A DNA stretch of 62,300 nucleotides, the filler included, from Fonticula-like sp. SCN 57-25 (Eukaryota), in assembly GCA_001724245.1 (NCBI GenBank). It is 10 parts of 10 records of this genome, joined end to end, with 100 filler letters (N's around TTAATTAATTAA, not from the genome) between each part and the next. Parts side by side here need not be neighbours in the genome. Positions count along the whole stretch, not along the records: positions 1 to 7,831 come from MEDX01000491.1; positions 7,932 to 13,921 come from MEDX01000492.1; 8 more parts are not named here. One strand, 5' to 3'. Below, one piece after another: positions 1 through 9,981 of this stretch (within the stretch, counting starts at the first letter, position 1; each line of letters opens with the position of its first letter). A program made the translations under genes and the position numbers. The notes beneath the pieces are model-generated. The model searched no databases. It was not told the DNA's origin and worked only from the letters and a program-made list of their open reading frames with translations.

Positions 1-267
1 TTTATTTGACGGAAGTTTGACAAAGTTGTATGGCTATTTCAAACTGCCCCTTCCAGGCGCGTTTTTGCGTTTTTCATAAACCTCTACATCAGGGGTACAT
101 AAATTTCATTGTCTGTGGAAGATTAAGTAAGAACGCACGCTGCATAATCTCCGTACCAGCAATGGGCCTAGTGTAATTAAATTTAGTCGTATGCATAGTC
201 ATGGGTTCGATTCTCGTAGACAACAATATTTTCTGTACCTAAAAAAGGAACAAAGTTCCTAAAAAAA

Positions 268-397
268 GAACTGTGACGGCGGGCCCACCAAAGGACCACT
301 AAAAGAGCCCAAGGGCCACAAACAATAAGTTCCACCCACCAAAGGACCACTAAAAGAGCCCAAGGGCCACAAACAATAAGTTCCACCGTCACAGTTC
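268..397. repeat. Two tandem 51-bp repeats (284-385) enclosed by a perfect 12-bp inverted repeat
   Basis: cccaccaaaggaccact...aagttcca starts at 284 and 335. gaactgtgacgg (268-279) pairs with ccgtcacagttc (386-397). Confidence 0.9.
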
Positions 398-431
398 GAT
401 ACCCTTTTTGCAATTTTTTTTGCTGCCCCAA

Positions 432-1514
432 TTAAGCTTTCATTAAATCAGAAGGAGAGACCCTCTTACGTACCAGTTCGCCGTCAGGATCACGAAGTAT
501 ATATGTCTATTTTTTGTTTCCCTAGAGCCTATTCATTCGGGCAATTGTGAAGACATCATAAGTCCAATTTTGTGATATAGACTTCTTAAGTTGTCCAGTT
601 AACATTTTTTTCCTATACTCAGCGTCAAATATCTTATTAGCTACGCGTACTCGATCACCAATCTGGAACTCAGGAGGATCAAACTCAACTTCTCGAACTC
701 GATTGTCGTTCTGGGCATCGGACTAGTTAGGAGTCATTCGAATAGCATCATGATACGTATCGTTGTAGCTTTCAATAAAATTAGCTAGATCTTCTTCTGT
801 GAACTCTCGATCTTCGACCTGATCGAGCCAGTGTTGTACTGATACCTTAAACGTCTTATTTAGTCGCTCAACACGACCCTGGGTTTGTGGCGTATATGTT
901 GCTGAATTAAAAACCTTTGTATTTTCCCGGCGAAGTCGGGCGCGCAGCGAGTTAAACTAATTGCCATTATCACTCTGTAGGCCACGAATACGTCCCATCA
1001 GGGGCTGGAGGTCTCGGACCGCGTTATTTACTGTCTGTTGTGTCTTATTACGAAGTAACTTACCATATAACTTCCTAGTGAATACATCGATCAGAAATAC
1101 AACATACCGGAACCCTCCTCGCCGGCCTGCTGGCTGCTTCCAATCTGGTGGAATATAAGTAAGATCTATTTGAAACATACCTTTTCCATGTGCTCGTACT
1201 TCATTTGTACTTCTCCGGTGCCTAGTAGGACGCCTTGCCTGATAGTGATCATCTTCGCGGTATATCGTGCGTACTCGATCTAGACTAATGTTTCCAATGC
1301 CGAGGCTCCGGATATGGTCGAAGACTCCTCGCTGACTTAATGGTCTCTACCGGCGAAGCCGGTTAACTAGTTCATCTATCTGATCCGTCGGCCACACGCG
1401 AAGGCCGTTCCTTCTGATATGTATGTTGCCATTGTGAATGACATAGGCCCGATCTAGATGCCGCGGAAGCCCATGTCGAAGATAGTGTTGAATATGGTTC
1501 TCATCGAAGTTCAT
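432..1514 (-). CDS. Retroviral-like (rve, DDE) integrase of Polinton/PLV type, 360 aa if 5 in-frame TAG codons are read as sense
   Basis: Manual translation gives FQIDL..FRYVVFLIDVFTRK..LQSDNGN*F..TYTPQTQGRVERLNKTFK..YNDTYHDAIRMTPN*..PEFQIGDRVRV..KKSISQNWTYDVFTI..TYILRDPDGE. TAG codons at 1347-1349, 957-959, 723-725, 522-524 and 507-509. ATG at 1514, TAA at 432-434. Confidence 0.9.
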
Positions 1515-1616
1515 TGTTATTTTGTCACCGTCTCTGTACGATCTATGTATATATAACCAGGAAATATATTTCCCCCGATTTAATTTATCTTTATACTTTA
1601 ATATAGCCAGGAAAGT

Positions 1617-4600
1617 ATGTCAGCATTTCACAGCATACTACTTAAGGACTTCCCTTACCGCTTTAAGTTCTACCTTGGTCAACTAAATTTGTCTTAGCTG
1701 GCACCTGAGACGGCGCAGCCGGTGAATAATATACTTGAACTAGATACGAACGGTGACGTAATTAAAAAGATGCCAATATTCGATATCAATAACTTTAAGC
1801 TAACTGATGAGACCGGAACTATAACCTTTAATAAGAAGCCCGGCGACATCAATATTACATTGGATCCGTACTACAATACGACGTATATTGACGAGATAAT
1901 CGAGGAGATCAACAACAGCATCATCAGCCTAATAGACAATATCAACATCAACTACTACACTATACCACAGATCGACGCTCAAAGGATCTGGCGTCATGCT
2001 ATTGTTTCAGGACGTAATATGTTCAACGTTGACAATCTATACGAACTGAAAAATCCTTCCGAAATTGCGAGCGGCAAACGAAAGTCTGCACGAGTTCTAC
2101 ACATTACTGAGGATGGGATAGTATTTACTAAGAACCAAGTTGACGTACCAGGTGATGGAGAAAACATTGCGATTCCTCTCTTAACAACACTCGCGGGAGG
2201 CGCTGCAGGTGCTCTTGGAGGGCTCTTTGCTAGGAAAGGTGGTGTTGGTGGTTCAGTTCCCGATCCATCACTTGGCGGACCTGATTTACCTGAGATTCGG
2301 CTCTCAGATTAGGAGGGTGTTACGAATGTTCCTTGGGAAGGCCGTTAGCATTTCTTTGATGAAGAGGATATTAATGATCTCGTTGATTACCGTGAGGTTC
2401 GCATTCCAGATGATTATGACGCCATTGATCTTGGACGTGGAGCTAGTCGAGGCCCCAGTTTTATGTCTTCTTAGAATTGGTCGGCGAGTATACCATTAAT
2501 GCGTGGAAATGTAAGTGCTGGACTCTATCAACCGAGCGCTGTATCAACATTTAATGCCCCAACTACGAGTCATTTTGTAGCTCATTAGAATGGAAAACTA
2601 GTTTCTCTTGATGCTAAATCCACTGCGTAGCATCTTAGTCACGCACTTAGTCTTGATCAGGATTCGATGGCTCATATGCTTTATACCGCGGGCCTTAAAA
2701 TCTCGAATAATGACCCCAATGATGCACGGTTTGGGCGAGTAATCCTAACAACGACAGCGGCGCCGAGTACACCTGCAGTTTTAGATCTATCCGGTAATGT
2801 TCTGGTCCCGCAAGTTCCTCAAGTTCCTGCTTAGCTGTTAATGCCTGCTGGTCAAAGTCAAGCATATAGTACTGCTTAGCTAGCTCCCTCGGCACTCCTC
2901 AATAGTCGCATCCCAATATTAACTGCAGGTCTAACTGGAACTGTTGACTACAGTGCTATTACCCAAGATATTCTGGGCTCTATTCCCGAGTTGGTGTCCG
3001 TTCCAATTGCTAAACTCGACTACACTGTTTCCGGGGCTAGTGGTATCATCGGTGACTTCTCCACAGGTGTCCGTCTTCCTGCGAACGCTGGTCTAAATAA
3101 TACTGGAAATCTGACTACGATTATCGGTCACTAGAGTGGGCGTCTCGCCGAAGTAATACCAGGTCCTGATGGCAAGACTGACCCGAGTGATGAAGCATCT
3201 CAGCCAGTTTATGGAAGTAATACTATCATTGGAGCTCAGTCCGGGCAGCGGCTATCAACAAGGTCTTACAACAATATTATTGTTGGAAACCGTAACATCT
3301 ATGCATGGCGACCAGTTCGACGTTTAAATAATTCAGTTATTATTGGTAACTCCATCGATCATGACTCCAACGGCAGTGCAGCAGTGGCCTACCCAATTTA
3401 TATCGGATCCAATGACTATCTGTAGAGTTATACAATCCGAATTGGTCGTACAAGTCACACTAAATGCTATCTGGGTGGTATCGGCGCTACACTTACTACT
3501 CCTTCTGGGATACTCGTTCGTGACGTAAATAATCAAATTGGAACCTTAACGTATGCGAACTCTCCTTTCCCACTCAAGACTGATATCACTACACTCTCGG
3601 GATCTATTGCTGCTACTTATACTTCTCTTGCTACATACAATGCCTACGTAAATTCTAATAATTATGCTCTCGCTGTAACAAACTCCAACGTGGATCTAAT
3701 TAATAATAAACTTTCAAGTTAGTACATAATGAGGGCTGAGGCAGGAGCAACGTTTGCTTACAAGGATAGTACTTACACAATAACTGCTTGTGACTTCTTC
3801 TTTGCAACAAAGGCTGACACTTACACTAAAACTGAGTCTGATAATCGTTATATGCTTGCTGGAGTCGGCGGCTATACGAAAGCTGAAGCTGACTCTCTTT
3901 TTCCTCTTAAGACGGTGACATATACCAAATCTGAAGTCAATGATATCATCGAGAACCTGGCTCCTGGTGGAACGATTACAGTTGATGCTTATACCAAGAC
4001 GCAGTCAGATAGTAGGTATTATCAGAAAGGAATTCAAGACAGCATTCCATACAATATGATTAGTGCTGATCACTCAAATGGTGTATTATTCAGTAACACT
4101 CTCCGTTTTCCTCGGAGTGCTGGCATTAATCTTGTGCGAACTGGTAACAGTAACGACGGTATTCAAAATACAATTCTTGGTGTCAACTGTGGTACGGCTC
4201 TTACAACTGGTTACTCAAACGTATTCGTCGGTCGCCAGGCGGGAGTTGACTGTACAGCGGGCTTTCAAAACGTGATCATTGGTCGCAATGCGGGAGGAAA
4301 TAACTTCTTAAATTATAACATCGCAATCGGGGCTGGTACAAGTCTTACAACTGGAGCTAGCTATCAGATCGTAATTGGATACTCTCAAGCTAGTATGGGC
4401 GCAGGAACCATTAAAATCGGAAGTTCAAATTATGCTAGTGGTACTTATATTTCGGGTATTCGTAATTACTCATCGTCCGACGATCTTATCGTAACAGTAT
4501 CTTCCGGAGACCGTCTAGGAGCCCGGAGCCTTACATCAGCAATCGGAGCGCTTGCATACACTAAGAGTTATATTGACGACATTTTCTACACTAAAGTCGG

Positions 4601-5846
4601 TGCGGCTACAGTATTCAGGTCAATTGCGGACTCCTATTCAAAGAGCGAGTGTGACACAAAGTACAGGACAATCGCGGCTTCTTACGCAAAAAGTGAGTGT
4701 GATACCTTGTTTAGGACCAAAGTGGATTCTTACTCTAAAACTGAAACAGATACTCTATTTTCCACTAAGTCTTAGACAACTTCTGCAATCGGTAGTCTAG
4801 AAACGTCAATCAATAACACACTCACGGGCTACTATACTAAAACTCAAACTGATATAATTGCGGCAGACTAGCGGAAGTGGGTCGCTCATAACATTGGACA
4901 GCGCGTTGTTCCACCATCGGATACAGAAGCGAACTACAATATGGTTCTTGGCGCGACTTATAACTTAGCTGGACTTACAGTTGTCTCTGGTAAACGTGCG
5001 TTGCTTCCAGTGGGAACTGGAGTTAATCGTCAGAACCTAATTGTTTCATGTGGAGATTGTCATTCATGGTCGGCGTCTACTTCAAACTCATTCGCTTACA
5101 ATACATCAGTTGGGCGTACAATCATGCCGAATCACTCGGGTGTAGGAACTAATAACGTCTGCATCGGGAGCTCAGTACTAGCAGCTATTACGACTGGATC
5201 AGTTACTAATAATGTCATTATAGGAAACGATGTACTAGCGAAGACTACAGTTGGAGCGACAGTAACTGATAACATCATCATTGGAAAGAGTATTGGTCCT
5301 ACAGCAAATTCAAGCAATTCACTCACTAACTGTATTATGATCGGCGCTTATAATAGTACTGGACTTGAATCGGCATCGCAAGCAAATAAAATCATGATTG
5401 GTAACAATGCTCATACAACGCTGCACATTCCCGCAGCAAAAAATACGAATATCTCAGGATCAGCTTCATGGCTATACATCAATACGACCACAGGACAAAT
5501 CGGCACTGTTTCATCTAGTTAGCGGTATAAAGAGAATATTGTTGAGATATCGGATGCTGATGTGGATGCCTTTGATTCATTGATTCCCAGTAAGTACAAC
5601 TACAAAGAGGACACGCAGAAAGAACTCTGCTATGGGTTTATCTCAGAGGATGCTGACGCGAAGATGCCGACTGTTTGCTTGTACAAGGAAAGCGGGAGTG
5701 GGAATGGGAGCTAGCAAAAGCTGGTCCCTGAGTCCGTGAAGTATCAGCACATGATCTCACTTTTAGCCGCTAGTAATAAGAAACTTCGTGGACGTGTATC
5801 GGACTTAGAGGCTCGCATGGCTCGACTTGAAGCTCTCTTGAATTAA
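1617..5846 (+). CDS. Tail-fibre/spike-like virion protein with YTKxE/Q repeats, NxxIG beta-helix-like repeats and a C-terminal Peptidase_S74-like intramolecular chaperone; 1409 aa with 15 in-frame TAG
   Basis: Track ORFs 1722, 3729 and 4941 share one frame and are separated only by TAG. The frame runs from ATG 1617 to TAA 5844-5846. The C-terminus reads SS*RYKENI..PSKYNYK..YGFISED..VKYQHMISLL..LEARMARLEALLN. Confidence 0.85.
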
Positions 5847-5913
5847 GTCCACTATTATTTATTTTATTTTAAACATTCTTTTTTACATACATATAACACC
5901 ACTTTGAAAATGG

Positions 5914-6102
5914 CTGTAACCGGTCATTTTCGTTCATATTACGCAAAACCAACACTATGAACGAACCGACGCCCAATGGAAAACCCCATGCATTTGATGC
6001 AATAAAATTTAAACATGCCCCCGTCTATGGGAATTTGATGGGATTTGACTGATGTCCCGGTGTGTTGCTCAACCAAATATGAATGAAAATGACCGGTTTC
6101 AG
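5914..6102. mobile_element. MITE-like element with 27-bp terminal inverted repeats; a second, partial copy lies at 7733-7831
   Basis: ctgtaaccggtcattttcgttcatatt (5914-5940) matches the reverse complement of 6076-6102 with 2 mismatches. 5915-6013 is identical to 7733-7831. Confidence 0.6.
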
Positions 6103-6152
6103 ATATAGCGTTTTCCCTGTTATGGCGTTTCGTTTGTTCTTGGTTGCGAACA

Positions 6153-6248
6153 GGACCGGAAAAAGAAAATGCTTTTTTGACAAAACTGGACCGGAAAAAG
6201 AAAATGCTTTTTTGACAAAACTGGACCGGAAAAAGAAAATGCTTTTTT
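6153..6248. repeat. 35-bp tandem repeat, about 2.7 copies
   Basis: ggaccggaaaaagaaaatgcttttttgacaaaact starts at 6153, 6188 and 6223. Confidence 0.95.
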
Positions 6249-6600
6249 TGTTTGGCGGACTGGCGATTGAACCTTCGAAAGTATCAAGGCGTTGACACGT
6301 TCACCCTTACATGTGTTTGGAATTACATTTCAAGAATTTGCAATTTCGACGTTCATTTTACATGCTTATATTTGTGGAATTCTTGTTGACGGATTTGGGA
6401 GAGGTGATTTCTGACTTTCCTTTTTGGGCGGATGACGAAACCGCATAACGACATTACCGACATTTATTTGAACGTCTAACTCATTCCCGTTTCGTTTGTT
6501 TGACATGTAATTACAAATTACAATGTAATCCATTGAATGTGTACGCTAAATGCCTCTTTTTATACGTGTTTTTTTTGGTATGCACATAGACTTACCTCAT

Positions 6601-6846
6601 ATGAGTGACGACAAGATCGAGCGCATGAGCAACTTCCAAGTTGGCCAGGCAGCGGCGCTTCGTTTCGACAACGACATGGACAGGTCTGATCGTCAGATCC
6701 TCAACAAAATGATCCACTCTGCTGACGAAACTACTCAGAACGAGAGGAGTAACCCGTACTACGACACGTCTCGGTCGTATAACGCTGAAGCGCAAGTAGA
6801 GCTTGATCGCATCGCTGCCTCGACCCAGCCTAAGCCTAAGCATTAA
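6601..6846 (+). CDS. Small hypothetical protein (81 aa)
   Basis: MSDDKIERMSNF...QPKPKH has protein-like composition and ends in TAA like the other contig-1 genes. No recognisable motif. Confidence 0.4.
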   Translation: MSDDKIERMSNFQVGQAAALRFDNDMDRSDRQILNKMIHSADETTQNERSNPYYDTSRSYNAEAQVELDRIAASTQPKPKH

Positions 6847-7831
6847 GCTTACCAGTGTTGAGGCCCTCCAGGACAGGTGGTCCCACGGTCGGCCAACGGC
6901 TAGTTAGGCCGCCGTGCGTCTGTGGCGGGACGGGTCAGGAGCGCAGACGCAGCAGGGTTTCCTCTGCTGCTTTGCTGACTCCGTGGCTGCGATTCCTTGA
7001 GGGGCTGAGCCCCCTCTTTGCCCCGAAACGGCCTGGGGACGGTTCCGAAAAAAGATTCCGACCCCTGTTTTTGTGCCAAATTTTGGCAAGGGCCCATGCC
7101 GAAATTTGGCACAGGAACGGGGTCGGTACCGATTTGTGCCTTCCCTTCGTTAAGATACAAAAACGCTATATAAGCAATTCTCATTATGTGATATGTAAAT
7201 TGTGCGCGTTCTAATTTATATATATACATTTATATACTTGTAATACCACTTGTACACACCTGAGAGATGATGCGCTTTTGAGCTTGGGAGGCCCGGCTCC
7301 GGCAGCGAGACTGTCTCATTCGCCCTCACTCATTACCATGTACACACATCATATTGAGCTTTAACAATGTCCGATTCCTTAATTTGGAGAGCGCAATTAA
7401 TTGAGACTAATGGCTATTTTTCTTGGTAGTGTGTTTTGGTAAGTGGGCAACCTTGTCAAAATGGCCACGCCTTCCACGGCTCCCACATGCTCTGGAGAAG
7501 GCATGTTCTGGCAACACATGCTCCACCATGGGCTTTTCATCGAAATTAAATGTCCGATATCAATTTACCACAAGGTTTTCACGCAGATTTTAATGCTTAA
7601 TACACTTTTCAATGAGATGTTACGACTCTCTAACGCTAAACGATCTGGGCGAGAGCAGTCTGCCAGTCCTTGGGCTGACTTCTGACGCTGCGATGTGGAA
7701 TATGAAGTATACACAGCACAAATCTTAACCAGTGTAACCGGTCATTTTCGTTCATATTACGCAAAACCAACACTATGAACGAACCGACGCCCAATGGAAA
7801 ACCCCATGCATTTGATGCAATAAAATTTAAA

Positions 7832-7931
7832 NNNNNNNNNNNNNNNNNNNNNNNNNNNNNNNNNNNNNNNNNNNNTTAATTAATTAANNNNNNNNNNNNN
7901 NNNNNNNNNNNNNNNNNNNNNNNNNNNNNNN
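7832..7931. other. Artificial contig linker; the same linker is at 13922, 20000, 26066, 32135, 38192, 44237, 50263 and 56276
   Basis: N-run + TTAATTAATTAA (stops in all six frames) + N-run, 100 nt each. Confidence 0.99.
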
Positions 7932-8769
7932 ACAATGGAAAGGCTTTTCTTCCTAGCTGGCTGTTGGACGTCCGCGAATGATCTCTACCGCTAACGACAC
8001 GAGTACGTGTACGAGGCAAAATCTGATCCGAGTATGATTGAGTAATGGTTTTTGGTGTATTTATTGAATGGTTGCGGGTTCGGTCGGCCTACATCCTGCC
8101 CTCACCCCAGAGGGGTGGTAATCGTCCTAAAGTTAATCATCAACATCGCTGACACCCTCAACCTCCTCCTCCTCTTCCTCGCGGTCATCCGAGTCTTCCA
8201 TGGCAGCCTCGTTCATTCGCACCGCCATCTCGCCCACTCGACGGGTGATATCGAGCGTCGCCTGGTTTGTCGATGAAGAGACAGCCTCACTCACGGCTGC
8301 CTTGGTAGTGAGGTCCATGAGCTTCTGGAGCCGCTTCTGGTGCCCGCGCAGAAACGCGTGGTAGATGGACGCTGTTGGATGCATTCGCGGCCTAGCCTTC
8401 ACCACCTGAGGCTTCGGCACGTTGAGCGCCAGCTCAAGGGAGCGTGTATGGCGAGAATTTTTATGCTATTTGGCGGGTGATCCTCCTCTTGAGGAGAGAA
8501 CGAGACCCGCATCTTTACGAGCAATGCGGTCGCCGTTCTGAAAACGACCGACGCCCACTTGGCGCATGCGCCGCGCACGTTGAAGGGAAAGTGGTTAGAC
8601 GTGCGCCCCTTTAGTTATTTTCCGTGAATTGGATGACGCTGAATGTATTTTTCTAGTGAGTGAATCCGATGAGCCGGACTGATGTTACGCAGCTTCAACG
8701 GTCGGTGATTAGAATAGGAAAGCAATATTTTCTTCAAGGAGTGAAACGAAAGATTGTAGCGGAGGAGCG

Positions 8770-9060
8770 CTACTGTTGCTTGTCGAGGTGTTCCACAACA
8801 TGGCGCGCCCGCTCGGCGCCTTGCAGGCCCAAGAACACCCGGGCGACGAAAGGGTTCGACAGCGCAATAGCGACCCGCACTTGGTCGACGCCAGAATATT
8901 CCTCGATCGAACGAGTAAATTCGGCAATCGCCGTCGACACTGCCCCTCCATCCGTCATCTCAGCCCTCTCGTTCACCGCAGTCGGCGGCTCAATCAAGCG
9001 CTCGAGAATGACGGAGAGCTTGTCGGTGTACCCTTGCATGGTCGCCTGCATGTCCTCCAT
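8770..9060 (-). CDS. Hypothetical helical protein fragment, possibly transposon-derived
   Basis: GC3-rich ORF ending NPFVARVFLGLQGAERARHV. Only weakly resembles C-termini of Harbinger Myb/SANT-type ORFs. Confidence 0.3.
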   Translation of the reverse strand: MEDMQATMQGYTDKLSVILERLIEPPTAVNERAEMTDGGAVSTAIAEFTRSIEEYSGVDQVRVAIALSNPFVARVFLGLQGAERARHVVEHLDKQQ

Positions 9061-9349
9061 GACCTTGGCCCTCTTGTGGGGGGGGGTATCATCGCCTGTG
9101 CAAAACGCATGAGAAGGTCATCATTGCATGAAGCCTTGTCGTACGGGCATATGTGCGCGATGCGGCGGGCGTCCTGGAGGAGGACGCTACGGCGGCGTCT
9201 GATGAGGGAGCCTCCGGCAAAGTCGCGGCGGACGAAGCCATCAATCCGGGAGTGGGAGAGGCAGTCACGCGGCGAGACGCCACTGCATCCGGTGCCGGTG
9301 GCATGCGCACATCCGCACCCGTCGCGAGTTGGTTGCTCAGGAGCTCGTA

Positions 9350-9743
9350 AAGAGTCCTGTCGGGCTAAAGAGAACGATCGACAAGCTGCTCACGGAGCAG
9401 GAGGGGCTCGACCGTCTCGGCAAACGCGGCCACGAGACTGGCCTTGGCTGCCGCGTAGTCGTCCTGGGCCGGCAGCTCGTGGAACAGCGCGCTCGCCTCG
9501 CCTTTCAGAAAAAGCGGCAGGACGTTCGCACGCTGAGCGGCGTCCCACTTCAGGAAGTCCGATGCCTTCTCGAACTTGGCAAACCAGCGCTTGATGTCGC
9601 GCGAGCTTGTCGATGAGGTTCATCGCAGCTGCCTGCGCGTGCAGCGTCACGGCGTGCAGGGGATCGACACGCGGAGGCATGTCGGATGGTGAGGGTTAAA
9701 AGTCGTAACGAGGAAAAAATTCGTCGTTGTCGCCAATGTGATG
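9350..9743 (-). pseudogene. Degenerate Ty3/Gypsy gag with LTR 3' end and primer-binding site, related to the contig-10 element
   Basis: Frameshift near 9600, then RDIKRWFAKFEKASDFLKWDAAQRANVLPLFLKGEASALFHEL, which aligns with the contig-10 gag. TAG at 9365-9367. CATCACA-T-TGGCGAC at 9743-9729 is identical to the contig-10 LTR/PBS junction. Confidence 0.8.
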
Positions 9744-9981
9744 GCGGAGGAGATCTTCTGCTAGGGTAAAAGAAGTTTATTACCGGTGCAGTAGAAAGAC
9801 ACTGAGAACACGAAAGCTACAAACGGTAATACGGAAGATAGGAATATGGAACGCGGAATGTTGATTTGTGGAATGATGACAGTCAACAGAGTCAGTTCTA
9901 AAAGCTAGTGTGGCGAATCTTTGCGTTGTAACTCATAATAAACCAAAAAGCACAGTTGTCACAATTGTTCAAAAAGGCTTG

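Noticed and set aside
183-431. 82-aa ORF with a repeated VELIVCGPWALLVVLWW
   Set aside because: Translation of the 51-bp tandem repeat, with a TTG start.
432-5846. Ordinary pseudogene decay, RIP, or the ciliate code (table 6) as the explanation for the stops
   Set aside because: Decay or RIP should also give TAA, TGA and frameshifts, yet many CAA and CGA codons are intact. TAA occurs only at the natural ends of both proteins.
284-6248. Short direct repeats (284-385, 6153-6248; also 31727-31815) as CRISPR arrays
   Set aside because: Head-to-tail repeats without unique spacers, no cas genes, and a eukaryotic context.
7832-7931. Recurrent TTAATTAATTAA palindrome within N runs
   Set aside because: Artificial concatenation spacer. 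Gene neighbourhoods across it have no biological meaning.
9365-9367. TAG at a Gln-equivalent position in the gag relic as evidence of host-wide recoding
   Set aside because: A single CAG>TAG change in a frameshifted pseudogene. Long genes on the other contigs have no internal TAG and several end in TAG.
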